Below are positions 55,112-64,000 of a stretch of 64,000 nucleotides of DNA, piece by piece. Made by a program: the position numbers and the translations under genes. The notes beneath the pieces were generated by a model. That model had not been told where the DNA came from, did no database searches, and saw only the letters and a list, made by a program, of their open reading frames with translations. The DNA is from a bacterium (GTDB lineage Bacteria; Electryoneota; RPQS01; DYHQ01): NCBI GenBank assembly GCA_030622545.1, contig JAUXGA010000011.1, positions 18,214 through 82,213 on the forward strand, in the 5' to 3' direction. Numbering within the stretch: the first letter of the stretch is position 1; each line of letters opens with the position of its first letter.

Positions 55112-57463
55112 TTACCCTCCCGAGCCGCGTTGAAGCTGCACAATCACCGCGTCGCTGGCCACGCCTCCATAGAAGAGCAGTTCGACGCGCACTTCACAGG
55201 TGGTTTCCACCGTAATGGGATCCGGAAACGCCCATTGCATTTCGCAGCGAAGCCAGAGAATCGACTGGCCGTTATCCGCCGGCGGAGTGCCCGTGACATA
55301 TTCATCGGCGCGCGCGCCGCCCGTGGAGGACGTGTAGAAATGCCCGCGCTGAGAAAAATAGAACACCCGCGCACCGTTTATCGGTACATGATGCCCATCC
55401 TGAACCGTCGCCAGACATCGAACGCGGGTCGGGTCGCCATCGTCGAGGAAATGCCAGTGCTGCGGCGTGCATAGAAGGTTCAATTCCCCTTCCTGAAGCG
55501 GCAGAATGAATGTGGTGTCTTCGCGCACGGTTCCCTCAGGCGGCTGGCATTCCGCAGTGATAATCACCTGCTGGAATGTCTGCGAGCTCAGCCATGTGAG
55601 CTGCGTGTAAGCAAAACCCGCTCGCGAGTCGTCATTCATATCCGGATTCCCCGTATAAACCTGTTCAGAGGCAATCGAAGCGATATCCGGTTCTATACTG
55701 AAGAACACGACCCAATTATTCGAGACCGGGTTATTAAACATATCTCGAACCTGCGCCGCCACTTCAACCATCCACGCTCCACCCCCTGCGTCCGTGCCGA
55801 TTTCTCTCGGCTGTATGCTGATGGACGCCGGTGGCCCGGAGACAACAGAGATGTTCGATTTATGCGCGAAGATTTCCTCGCCTCCCACATAGGTGGACGC
55901 TCGAAGATCAACGATGCCCGGATAAATCCCCGCGTTCAAAGTTACTCGCGCAACACCGCTGGATGTTTGTGCAGAATCGATATCGCCGCTGCCGTTGATA
56001 TTGACTCCTCCTCCCGGACCGACGACAATCTGGAACGTCACCCACTGCCCGTCCGGTACCGGATTCTGATTGGCATCCAAAACCGTCGCTTCAACAAGCG
56101 CCTGATCCACGCCGCCCGTCCCCCGTACCTGAATCGAAGCCGGTGATACATTCAGCGCCAGCGTATTGGCCGTTCCCGCCACGATGCGCACCGTTACCGA
56201 ATCAACTGCTTGACCGACGAATGCCTTCACCTTGGCATTTCCGGCTTCCGTACCGGGATTCAGCGTCGCGCGTGCGATGCCGTCGTTGTCGGTCGGAGAG
56301 TTTTCGTTAATCGATCCGTGCGTGGTGGAGAAACTGACAAGTGCTCCTTCGAAAACAGGATTGCCCATCGTATCATAAACCTGAGCCGTTACCGAAACCA
56401 GCTCTTGTGAACCGATATAGACTTCATTCGGCGTTGCATCAACACTGACAGTTTTTGGCCCGCCGGGATTCACTATTACCGTGAATTCATTCGACACGAC
56501 CTCTCCCACATTAGCGTAAATCATTGCCGTACCTCGCGTCGGGCAGAAATAATAGGTATTGAAAGCCACACCGTTTGATGTTTTAACAGTATCGTTTTTG
56601 AAATCACCGCAATCGGTATGGAACAGAACATCCGTATTATCCGGCGCGCGAAGTCCGTTCTCCAAGAAGACATTGACACGCACCGTTGAGGAATCTTTTC
56701 CGGCGATGCCTTCATCCGGCTGAACCATCAAATTCACTTCACCAACCGGTTCTTCGGGCTCGATGACAATATAAGCAGTATCGGCCAGCCCCCAATCGGA
56801 AAAGCGCGCGATGACCATCGCTGAATCGGGCGCGGTGGGAATGCCGTAAACATCTTTAAACGTCGAGTGCGCGACACCGAAACCGTCCGTCACCACAGGC
56901 GATTCGACAGTGCCAAATCCCGGCGTTGCGAAACGGATGGTATCAGCCGCTTGCGGTTCTCCATATTGATCTTTGAGTATCGCCGTGATATTCGCGAAAC
57001 TTCGACCGCGGTCAGCGTAGATGACTTTGGTGTCCGTACTGATAATCAATGTACCGAAACGGGATGCGGTGCTGTTGACCCAAATCGTCGCTGTGTCAGC
57101 TTTGCCGCCCGCCATGGCGATGATATTGAATTCGCCAAAGATACCCGCCGAACTCCACACCGTTGCCGTCTGTCCGTTGGCATCGGTGACCTCGGGTTGT
57201 CCCACGACGCCGCCGGTCGCTCGCATCTCGACCTGAATGTCTTCGATTCCGACGAAACTGTTATCATAAACCGTTATCATCACCGAAACCGTATCCGAAC
57301 CGCCCGCTTCCACATCCACACTTTCGCGAGAAAGTTCAACGTAGATTCCTCCCACGTTCTGGGCTCCTCCTTCGGACGTCACACCTTTCTTCTGAGTGCA
57401 TCCAAACCCAAGGACGAGAAAACAAGCCATCCCCATAATAATGGCTCTTTTGGCTACCCGCAT
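55112..57463 (-). CDS. Large lipoprotein with tandem bacterial Ig-like (Big_1/invasin-type) domains
   Basis: Start MRVAKRAIIMGMACFLVLGFGCTQ (GGAGG-N6-ATG; lipobox); ~7 repeats of ~90 aa with ...TDANGxA/V..L..G.......V.A motif; ORF-track start 57601 over-extended. Confidence 0.7.
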   Translation of the reverse strand: MRVAKRAIIMGMACFLVLGFGCTQKKGVTSEGGAQNVGGIYVELSRESVDVEAGGSDTVSVMITVYDNSFVGIEDIQVEMRATGGVVGQPEVTDANGQTATVWSSAGIFGEFNIIAMAGGKADTATIWVNSTASRFGTLIISTDTKVIYADRGRSFANITAILKDQYGEPQAADTIRFATPGFGTVESPVVTDGFGVAHSTFKDVYGIPTAPDSAMVIARFSDWGLADTAYIVIEPEEPVGEVNLMVQPDEGIAGKDSSTVRVNVFLENGLRAPDNTDVLFHTDCGDFKNDTVKTSNGVAFNTYYFCPTRGTAMIYANVGEVVSNEFTVIVNPGGPKTVSVDATPNEVYIGSQELVSVTAQVYDTMGNPVFEGALVSFSTTHGSINENSPTDNDGIARATLNPGTEAGNAKVKAFVGQAVDSVTVRIVAGTANTLALNVSPASIQVRGTGGVDQALVEATVLDANQNPVPDGQWVTFQIVVGPGGGVNINGSGDIDSAQTSSGVARVTLNAGIYPGIVDLRASTYVGGEEIFAHKSNISVVSGPPASISIQPREIGTDAGGGAWMVEVAAQVRDMFNNPVSNNWVVFFSIEPDIASIASEQVYTGNPDMNDDSRAGFAYTQLTWLSSQTFQQVIITAECQPPEGTVREDTTFILPLQEGELNLLCTPQHWHFLDDGDPTRVRCLATVQDGHHVPINGARVFYFSQRGHFYTSSTGGARADEYVTGTPPADNGQSILWLRCEMQWAFPDPITVETTCEVRVELLFYGGVASDAVIVQLQRGSGG

Positions 57464-57542
57464 AGCTACCTCCAACATTGCACCTATTCCCCTCTCTAAA
57501 AAGCCATATTCAATAAAATGTTTTTTAACCGTAAAATATTCC

Positions 57543-57569
57543 GTAGGGGCGCTCCCGTGTGTGCGCCCG
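57543..57569 (+). repeat. REP copy (GTAGGGGCGCTCCCGTGTGTGCGCCCG)
   Basis: Same family as the REPs around the RAYT gene; located between Big-domain gene and Wza-like gene. Confidence 0.7.
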
Positions 57570-57597
57570 TTTCTGCAGCATGGAGCCGCGTGATTCA

Positions 57598-59238
57598 TCA
57601 TTTAAGACTCGCAGCGATAAACGCAATCGTCGCAACTTGTGAGAGCACTACGATACCGTCTTTGATCTGACTCCAAGTGGTGACTTCCGGTTTGGGCGGG
57701 ACGAAAATAATGTCGCCCGGATCAAGCCGCACCTTCGACGAATAAATCACCACCGCGCCGCTGCTCGCTTTTACTATCCGCGTCTTCGATTTCCAGCCGC
57801 CGCGATTAACACCGCCGACCGCTCGAAGGTAATCGTTCAGTTTCCATCCCGGATGATACGCGGTTTCTCCATTTTGATTCACATACCCCAACATCCGAAT
57901 GCCGAGCGGCTGTCCAGGAATTTCCAGCACATCGCCGTCGCGCAAAACGATATCTTCGCTGTTATCATTTTGCAAATCGATGACGACCGTCGTCCCCAGC
58001 CAGCGTTCTAAAGCCGCCGTGAGTTCCCGTTCTGCGCCGCGCTTTTCGAGAGTATTCCCAGGGTCGCGCGGGCGAAGCAAGCGTCCTTTTTCCGGCTGGC
58101 GAAATTCATAATCGGGTGCGCGAACCAAACGAGCACTGTTCAGCGCCGCTGTCGGCAGCGTCCCACCGGCTTGAGTTAAAACGTCGCGCAGAGTTGTCTT
58201 TCCGATTTCGAGCGGATAACTCCCCGGCCTTGTCACTTCACCTTTAAGCGTTACCGTACCGAATCGCTTCCGTTCCGGTTCCATCGGGATATAGAGCCGG
58301 TCGCCGGGCTGGAATTCACTTTCATGCAGTACCGCATCCTCAACATCTACCCGGCGTCCATCCGCACGTATGATGTACGCGTCCTGCACGTTCGCAGACG
58401 CGCGAATGCCGCCCGCTAACTCAAGCAAGACTTCGATACGGTCGCCGGGCACATATTCGAAAAGCCCCGGAGAAAACACGCCGCCAAAAACACCAACTTC
58501 ACTCGGCCCCTCTTCTTTCAACGGCACGCGCACCACATCTCCGTCATGCAGCAGCGGATTGGCATCCGTGCGACCGGCACGCTCGAAGAGCAGCAAATCT
58601 GCGCGTTGTTCATTTTCAATATCTCCGGCAGGAATCACTCGAAGACGGCGCTGCGACGCGACAATGACAGACGTCGTATCCCATTCGGCGCGAGACCTGC
58701 GTAAGAAACCTCCCGCCATCCAGACCGCATCGGCCACGCGCGCGGTCGCAGGCAATAGGTAACTCCCCGGCTCCATCACGGCTCCGCAAACATGGACGCG
58801 GAACTTCCGCACTTCACGCAGTGAAACGGTAACTTCCGCACCGGAGAACCGCTCGCAAATTTTTGCGATCATCGCGTCTTTGGCTTTCGCCAGAGACATG
58901 CCCGCTACTTTGACCGGCCCGACCGCCGGAATCACCGCTTCTCCCTCAGCGTTGACTTCCACCGGCAATTGTGTCACCGTCGGACGCCAGAGAAAAATAT
59001 CCAGCTTATCTCCGGGGCCCAGCTCGAAAATTTCCGGATCCACCGGCCCTTCAAAAAAGGTTTCCGATACCGGAAGCCGCTGAGGAGTGGACTTCAAGAG
59101 TTCTTCCAGCTTCGTTTTGCCAGGCGCCATGCCCGTCAGCGAAACACTCTGAGCGAAAACCACGTCCCCAAGCAACCCTACGATAAGCCCGATTCCGAGG
59201 ACGAATAGAAATAAATTACTCTTCGTCATGTTCCTCAT
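57598..59238 (-). CDS. Polysaccharide export protein (Wza/GumB-like; Poly_export + SLBB domains)
   Basis: Signal peptide; FELGPGDKLDIFLWRP...LPVEVNAEGEAVIPAVGPVKVAGMSLAKAKDAI (Poly_export motif); repeated SLBB-like segments (LRDGDVL.IP). Confidence 0.75.
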   Translation of the reverse strand: MRNMTKSNLFLFVLGIGLIVGLLGDVVFAQSVSLTGMAPGKTKLEELLKSTPQRLPVSETFFEGPVDPEIFELGPGDKLDIFLWRPTVTQLPVEVNAEGEAVIPAVGPVKVAGMSLAKAKDAMIAKICERFSGAEVTVSLREVRKFRVHVCGAVMEPGSYLLPATARVADAVWMAGGFLRRSRAEWDTTSVIVASQRRLRVIPAGDIENEQRADLLLFERAGRTDANPLLHDGDVVRVPLKEEGPSEVGVFGGVFSPGLFEYVPGDRIEVLLELAGGIRASANVQDAYIIRADGRRVDVEDAVLHESEFQPGDRLYIPMEPERKRFGTVTLKGEVTRPGSYPLEIGKTTLRDVLTQAGGTLPTAALNSARLVRAPDYEFRQPEKGRLLRPRDPGNTLEKRGAERELTAALERWLGTTVVIDLQNDNSEDIVLRDGDVLEIPGQPLGIRMLGYVNQNGETAYHPGWKLNDYLRAVGGVNRGGWKSKTRIVKASSGAVVIYSSKVRLDPGDIIFVPPKPEVTTWSQIKDGIVVLSQVATIAFIAASLK

Positions 59239-60664
59239 CTGATTCGGATTCCTTTTCCATTAATGTCCCTTTAGGGAAGAATTTCTTCTCCGAGCTTTCA
59301 ATCATTTTGGATTTTTTCAAACGGTAGCCTTGATCCATAATATGAGGCGTCACCTGAATAATCAGATCCGTCTTGCGCGTCTGCTCCGCTGTATGCCGGA
59401 AAAGACCGCCGATGAACGGAATATCCCCAAGGAAAGGCACCTTATGTACCGTCTTGGACGCGTCAATCCCCAAGAGTCCGGCGATGATAATCGTCTCGCC
59501 GTTTTTGACGCGGATCGTGGTCGTGGACATCCGACGCTTCACCCACGGCACCGATGATTCCCCCGACTCGATAAACTGAAAAATCGAGGAAAGCTCCGGC
59601 GCGATTTCCATGGTAACGTATCCATCCGTGTTTACTTTTGGGCGGACGGTTAACTTCACACCCACCTGCTCCTTTTCAATCTGAACCTGCCCCCCAAGGC
59701 CCCCCGCACGAGCAATGTACGGAATTTCGTCGATAACCTGAAGTTCAGCGGTGGTGTTATTCATCGTCGCTATAGCGCTGTTGGCAAGCACTTCCGCGCG
59801 GTTTTGTTTCATCAGCCAATCCAGCGCGAATTCGAATGCCGAAGCTTGTTTCGTCATGTAGCCAAGACGACTCGATTCCAGCGGGAAATAGGGAAGCTGT
59901 GTGGGAGCCCGCCCTAACGGAGAATCCTGAAGACCGGTGAGGACTTCGCTCAGATTCGGGTCAATGAATTGCCCAAGCTCATCGACTGGCCCTTCGGCAA
60001 AAACTGTCTGCAGAGATGACAAACGGTTCCAGTCAATGCCGAGTTTTTGTTCATCCTCAACAGCCACCTCAATAATGCGCACCTCGAGTATAATCTGCAG
60101 CGCTGGTTTGTCCACCTCGGTAACGACCTTCAGAATATCCGAAATCGTCTTGGGACTCGTGATGATGAGTAGTTTATTGCCGGTTACATCCACGGTAATT
60201 TTGGCATTGAACTCTTTGAGCATCTCCTTAAAATTAGCCGCATCGGTATATTGCAGCTCGACAACATAGGAGGTCAGCCCTACCTGCGCTTTCAGCTTGT
60301 CGGGCGGCGCTACAAGAAACGAGCGCCCCACGAGTTCATAGGAAAGTCCGGCGGCGCGCACCACCAGATTCATCGCCTGCTCGATGGGCGTATCCTTCAG
60401 GTGAATCGAAATACGCTCTTCCCGGTTTACGCCGGGCCCGGTGACGATGTTGTAGCCGCTCTTGTCCGCCAAAATGGAAAGAATCGAAGGCAGAAACGCA
60501 TCGTCGGCATCAATAGATACTTTTCGCTGCAGGGCTTCGTCAGCTTCCTTCAGACCTCCGGTAGGCAGCTCCGGCTGAATTTGCGCGGCGGCCAGACACG
60601 GCAGTAAAGACATAAAACTGACAAGGAAACTTAGAATGATTTGACGTCGTAACCTTTTATGCAT
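59216..60664 (-). CDS. pilQ: Type IV pilus secretin PilQ (GspD/secretin family)
   Basis: Start MHKRLRRQI (GGAGAG RBS); N0/N1-like domains, C-terminal secretin domain (VPFLGDIPFIGGLFR), acidic C-tail. Confidence 0.8.
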   Translation of the reverse strand: MHKRLRRQIILSFLVSFMSLLPCLAAAQIQPELPTGGLKEADEALQRKVSIDADDAFLPSILSILADKSGYNIVTGPGVNREERISIHLKDTPIEQAMNLVVRAAGLSYELVGRSFLVAPPDKLKAQVGLTSYVVELQYTDAANFKEMLKEFNAKITVDVTGNKLLIITSPKTISDILKVVTEVDKPALQIILEVRIIEVAVEDEQKLGIDWNRLSSLQTVFAEGPVDELGQFIDPNLSEVLTGLQDSPLGRAPTQLPYFPLESSRLGYMTKQASAFEFALDWLMKQNRAEVLANSAIATMNNTTAELQVIDEIPYIARAGGLGGQVQIEKEQVGVKLTVRPKVNTDGYVTMEIAPELSSIFQFIESGESSVPWVKRRMSTTTIRVKNGETIIIAGLLGIDASKTVHKVPFLGDIPFIGGLFRHTAEQTRKTDLIIQVTPHIMDQGYRLKKSKMIESSEKKFFPKGTLMEKESESDEEHDEE

Positions 60665-60715
60665 AAACTCTCCTCGCGACAAAACTAAAAGGTTCTCCCG
60701 GGCGATGCCGGATAT

Positions 60716-61258
60716 TTAAAAATTGCCTGCGCGCCCGCCGCCGAGTTCCTCGAGCTCGCCTTGGGGCGCTTTTTCATTGACTAACACCAATTGCGCACCG
60801 CCTTTCAGAAGCACGACGCGCTCGGGTTCGATGACTTCGACCCGATAACCGTTAAAAATATCCCCCGTATGAACCACATAGGAGCGGCCTAAAAACTTAA
60901 TCACAGCGGATTCGCTGGGGCCGACAACCGTGCAAGATAACCGCATGCGCCCCTGCTGTTCGAGGGATTCGCGCAGTCCCAAACGCGCCAGGAATTTCTT
61001 CGACTGGATAACCTTCGTCAGATCCAGCGGATCACTTTCGACATTCGTCTCGTAGTCAAGACGTTCTTTGAGCTCGGTTTCGAGGGTGGCAACCGTTCTC
61101 GAAAGTTCTTCGTCGCTGCCGATACCGACTTGCCGCGCCTGCTGATGATAATGGTCGATGCGCTGCGAATAGCGAACATTCGACACGACCATCCAGACCG
61201 CCACCGCAATCAGCAGCGTCAGAAGAATCCCCCAGAAAACATGAATTCGTTCAGCCAT
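60716..61258 (-). CDS. Pilus assembly lipoprotein-like PilP homolog
   Basis: N-terminal TM, C-terminal beta-rich domain (YRVEVIEPERVVLLKGG) typical position after pilO and before pilQ. Confidence 0.5.
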   Translation of the reverse strand: MAERIHVFWGILLTLLIAVAVWMVVSNVRYSQRIDHYHQQARQVGIGSDEELSRTVATLETELKERLDYETNVESDPLDLTKVIQSKKFLARLGLRESLEQQGRMRLSCTVVGPSESAVIKFLGRSYVVHTGDIFNGYRVEVIEPERVVLLKGGAQLVLVNEKAPQGELEELGGGRAGNF

Positions 61259-61269
61259 GTGTCAGATGA

Positions 61270-61824
61270 TTACCGATGTTTAAGCAGTGTTAATGTGGAA
61301 ATGGTTATCGCCAGCGGTCGCCGGTCAATGTCGCCGCGCTTGACGCTCTCTTCGGAGCGTTTAACTGAGTTGGAGAGTTCAAACTCCCCGACGGTGACCA
61401 ACCGATCCGATTTCTCTATACGATTCAAAAAATCTACCATATTGGCATAGGACGTTTCGACGTCGAGTATGTAGGGCGTCTTGATGTAATCCGCCATATT
61501 CACTCGCTGTCCGGGTTGAATCCGCACGAGACGCACATCCATCTCTTGAAGCAGATCCGTCATATAATCCATAAACGGCATCGACGCATCTTCCGCAAGA
61601 CTGTCCTTGAGCGACAGCGCCAGATTGCCTTCAATGAGCTGCGTAACCTGCTGAAGTTCTCCGGCGATAATTTGCGCGGCGATGAGTTTCTCGTTTTCGC
61701 GGCTGATGGTTTGATCAAGCTGGCGGATTTCACGCGGCAGTTCCGCGTAAACTAGCCGCTGATACAAATAGTGGCCGCCGCCGAATAAAACCAAAAGAAG
61801 AAGGGCTATCAGAGTTTTTTTCAT
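61270..61824 (-). CDS. PilO-like inner-membrane pilus assembly protein
   Basis: N-terminal TM, coiled coil, ferredoxin-like C-domain; gene order N-O-P-Q. Confidence 0.5.
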   Translation of the reverse strand: MKKTLIALLLLVLFGGGHYLYQRLVYAELPREIRQLDQTISRENEKLIAAQIIAGELQQVTQLIEGNLALSLKDSLAEDASMPFMDYMTDLLQEMDVRLVRIQPGQRVNMADYIKTPYILDVETSYANMVDFLNRIEKSDRLVTVGEFELSNSVKRSEESVKRGDIDRRPLAITISTLTLLKHR

Positions 61825-61839
61825 CGTGTTACTCGTTAT

Positions 61840-62463
61840 TTATCCGCGTATCGGACGTTCGACGGAGCGCGGTTCCCGCGCCTTCTTTGCCACCGGTTGC
61901 TGAGGGAAACAGGTGATAACAAGTTCCAATACTTCCTGATCTTCGATACGACGCCGCTTGGATTGCGTGAAACGAATATCCCGGAACCGGCTGGCGAATT
62001 CCGGCGTCGTTTCCAAAATGTCCATGAGTCGGGAGACGCGCTCGAATTCCTTTTCATCCTTCTTGATTTTCGAAATGGCTTTGATGACGAGCCGGTTGTG
62101 TTCGAATTTCAGCCCGGTAAGCGCCATGCCGTCAGGCAATATATGCGCCAGCGCTTCTAATCTTGCCGCCCAGAGGAAGCGATCTTTTTCGAGCTTCGCC
62201 AGCGACATGACATCCTGCTTGGAAACCTTGGTGCCTTCGCGCCGGAGCGAATCGAGCTGATGCTTAATGTCAGCAATCTTGTCCTGTTTGGACTCGACAA
62301 TATCGCGAAGCTCCCGGTGTTTTGACCATGTGAAACCGCTCAAGACGATAAGCACGACCGCGATAATCGCCAGATATATCAGTGACCGGCGCTCCCGCAC
62401 TCGCGCCCGCAATACCGCCTCGCCTTCCCCCTTATTCAGATTAATTGTAAATTGCTTTATCAC
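61840..62463 (-). CDS. PilN-like inner-membrane pilus assembly protein
   Basis: Short cytoplasmic N-terminus (MIKQFTINLNKGE), single TM, coiled-coil periplasmic region; position upstream of pilO. Confidence 0.5.
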   Translation of the reverse strand: MIKQFTINLNKGEGEAVLRARVRERRSLIYLAIIAVVLIVLSGFTWSKHRELRDIVESKQDKIADIKHQLDSLRREGTKVSKQDVMSLAKLEKDRFLWAARLEALAHILPDGMALTGLKFEHNRLVIKAISKIKKDEKEFERVSRLMDILETTPEFASRFRDIRFTQSKRRRIEDQEVLELVITCFPQQPVAKKAREPRSVERPIRG

Positions 62464-62533
62464 AAACGCTCCAAAAATATTCTATAAAACCCGCCGTTGT
62501 GGGTCTCCAGACCCGTAATGGTTCAAAATTTCC

Positions 62534-62610
62534 GTAGGGGCGTACCCGCGTGTGCGCCCGTTTTTGCACCTATTTGGATTTCGCGGGCAGACACGTGGGT
62601 CAGCCCCTAC
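62534..62610. repeat. BIME-like pair of inverted REPs (GTAGGGGCGTACCCGCGTGTGCGCCCG ... GGGCAGACACGTGGGTCAGCCCCTAC)
   Basis: Two REP copies in opposite orientation separated by ~25 nt. Confidence 0.7.
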
Positions 62611-62621
62611 AAAGAATTCCT

Positions 62622-62654
62622 CGCCGCGAGTGGGTGCGTTTACCCCTCGCGCAA
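62622..62654. repeat. Palindromic repeat family C copy
   Basis: cgccgcgagtgggtgcgtttacccctcgcgcaat. Confidence 0.6.
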
Positions 62655-62657
62655 TAA

Positions 62658-63770
62658 TCACTCAACTAATTTCTTGAATTCTGGATCGTCCCAGAGACTC
62701 TTCAAATCCTCATCCGTCTTCGCTTTCTCCTTGTACTTCCCGTCAATTCTAATCGCTTCCTTCAAATCTGAAAGCGCTTCCTGTTTCTTGTTCATGAGAG
62801 AATAGGTGCATGCGCGGTTAAACCATATCTTTGGAAGACTTTGCTTTAACTCAATCGCTTTGTCATGAGACATGAGTGCTTCATTATGGCGGTTAAGCTT
62901 TGCGAGTGCTGCTCCCTTGTTAGACCACGCCATAGCATTATCAGGTTTCAGCTTGATCGCTTTCTCTCCAGCCTCAAGAGCCTCTATATAGCGGTTAAGC
63001 TTTCGAAGTATCCAGCTCTTGCCAGACCATGCAACAGCATAATCCGGTTTGAGCTTAATTGCCTTCTCATAAGCCTTCAGCGCTTCTTCATTGCGACCAA
63101 GCTGGCCAAGTGCCATCCCCATGTTAAACCATGCCTTAACAAAATTCGATTCAAGATCGGTGGCTTCCTCAAAGGCTTCAGTTGCCAATTCATATTTGCA
63201 TTTATTATATAGATCAACTCCACGATTGTTGTAATCCAATGCGCTCAGCGAACCGCCAAACGCTTCAACGCGCTCTAACCTGCTCGCAAGTTCATTCAGT
63301 TCTTTCTTTGTTTCCTCAGACGGTTCTTCTGTTAGGGAGAGAGTACCGATTTGAGCAGATAACTTCTCTTTCTCCTCTTCAGCTTTTTCCCTGAGTCTTC
63401 GAATGACTTTTAAATGTCCCTCGGCTTCTTCCCTAATCTTTTTCCACCGCTTGATTTCAAAAAATCCAAATGCAATGGCGACGATAAAAAGCAGCGTAAG
63501 CACTGCAACAGAGCCGGACATCACCCACCCGACCAACTGTGAGATTCCTACGACTTTATCAATGGTCTTTTGCGAACCTTCGGCAGTGTCTTTCCGGGGA
63601 GTAACTTGAACAGCGAGCGAATCTACCGCTTCCTTTAGATCCTGTATCACCTCGCCGAAGTCTTGCAGCAATTTCGTTTGCGTATCAACAGTTGCTGTTT
63701 CTGTCGGCTGCGCGAAAGACACACAGACGAATGTGCAAAGAAGAAGTATGAAAAGGATTTGTTTCAGCAA
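62658..63770 (-). CDS. TPR-repeat protein with N-terminal signal/TM and central coiled coil
   Basis: C-terminal tandem TPRs (AWFNMGMALGQLGRNEEALKAYEKAIKLKPDYA... repeated 4-5x). Confidence 0.7.
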   Translation of the reverse strand: MLKQILFILLLCTFVCVSFAQPTETATVDTQTKLLQDFGEVIQDLKEAVDSLAVQVTPRKDTAEGSQKTIDKVVGISQLVGWVMSGSVAVLTLLFIVAIAFGFFEIKRWKKIREEAEGHLKVIRRLREKAEEEKEKLSAQIGTLSLTEEPSEETKKELNELASRLERVEAFGGSLSALDYNNRGVDLYNKCKYELATEAFEEATDLESNFVKAWFNMGMALGQLGRNEEALKAYEKAIKLKPDYAVAWSGKSWILRKLNRYIEALEAGEKAIKLKPDNAMAWSNKGAALAKLNRHNEALMSHDKAIELKQSLPKIWFNRACTYSLMNKKQEALSDLKEAIRIDGKYKEKAKTDEDLKSLWDDPEFKKLVE

Positions 63771-63788
63771 GTTTTCCTTTTTCTATTA

Positions 63789-63820
63789 CGCGAGAGGTGA
63801 GGGCACCCACTCGCGGCGAT
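63789..63820. repeat. Palindromic repeat family C copy (reverse orientation)
   Basis: cgcgagaggtgagggcacccactcgcggcgat. Confidence 0.6.
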
Positions 63821-63871
63821 TAAATAACAGGTTTGCTGAGCGCGCTAACGCCATGCCGCGACGGGGTAAGT

Positions 63872-63896
63872 GCACTGCCGTGCGACACTACCAGAT
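63872..63896. repeat. Palindromic repeat family D, copy 3
   Basis: gcactgccgtgcgacactaccagat. Confidence 0.6.
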
Positions 63897-64000
63897 TATT
63901 CACCACCGCAGTAAACTAAACCGCCTGTGCGCGGAGGGCGAGTCCAACCGCGGCGGCGTATTGCCATGGATTGTTCTCGCGTCCGGCGCCGCCTTCAAGC

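Noticed and set aside
56867-57499. 210-aa plus-strand ORF
   Set aside because: Antisense to the Big-domain lipoprotein gene; Arg/His-rich shadow.
1-64000. CRISPR arrays, rRNA genes, integrases/prophage blocks
   Set aside because: No direct repeat-spacer periodicity, no rRNA-like conserved stretches, no integrase/recombinase-like ORFs; the only mobile-type gene is the domesticated RAYT.

Overview
This 64 kb window is a high-GC chromosomal segment (roughly 55-60% GC by eye) from a bacterium that uses type IX secretion. At least four secreted proteins end in the Por/T9SS C-terminal sorting domain (xYPNPFN...xLVLxK), and the exbB-exbD-exbD...tonB arrangement is typical of the Fibrobacteres/Chlorobi/Bacteroidetes-like group. 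Gene density is high and most genes lie on the minus strand.

Contents, left to right:
- a 3'-truncated sigma-54 activator (GAF + AAA+; missing from the ORF track because it starts with GTG), a lipoprotein and a T9SS beta-helix protein;
- a SelW/Rdx-family selenoprotein gene that is missing from the ORF track because it carries an in-frame TGA (CVEU motif) followed by a SECIS-like hairpin;
- an SDR, an outer-membrane beta-barrel and a clostripain-like C11 peptidase lipoprotein;
- a plus-strand operon HAD phosphatase - RNase-H-like exonuclease - DJ-1/PfpI - DNA polymerase X;
- glycogen and nucleoside genes (phosphohexomutase, glgC, thymidine phosphorylase), a histone-H1-like KKAAPKK-repeat protein, and trxA-dsbD;
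- an HpnC-like squalene/phytoene synthase, a second phosphohexomutase, a rhomboid protease, an alpha/beta hydrolase, an M29 aminopeptidase, a POT transporter, LarA, an SPFH protein and a PBP-like lipoprotein;
- a TonB system, exbB-exbD-exbD ... tonB, interrupted by a visibly AT-richer island carrying two tandem membrane-anchored trypsin-like proteases;
- a hicB-hicA-hicB toxin-antitoxin triad;
- TPR proteins, ctpA, dprA and obg;
- a REP-associated tyrosine transposase (RAYT) flanked by GTAG-type REPs, with one REP embedded in-frame inside its own coding sequence;
- a type IV pilus cluster pilN-O-P-Q ... pilB ... pilC-pilD, interrupted by a Wza-like polysaccharide-export gene, a 784-aa Big-domain lipoprotein and a low-GC BamE-like gene.

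At least five families of short palindromic intergenic repeats (REP/BIME/MITE-like) recur across the window. No rRNA, tRNA or CRISPR array was recognised. Most ORF-track entries on the strand opposite to these genes are antisense artefacts of the high GC content. Coordinates of features I derived by hand may be off by 1-2 nt.
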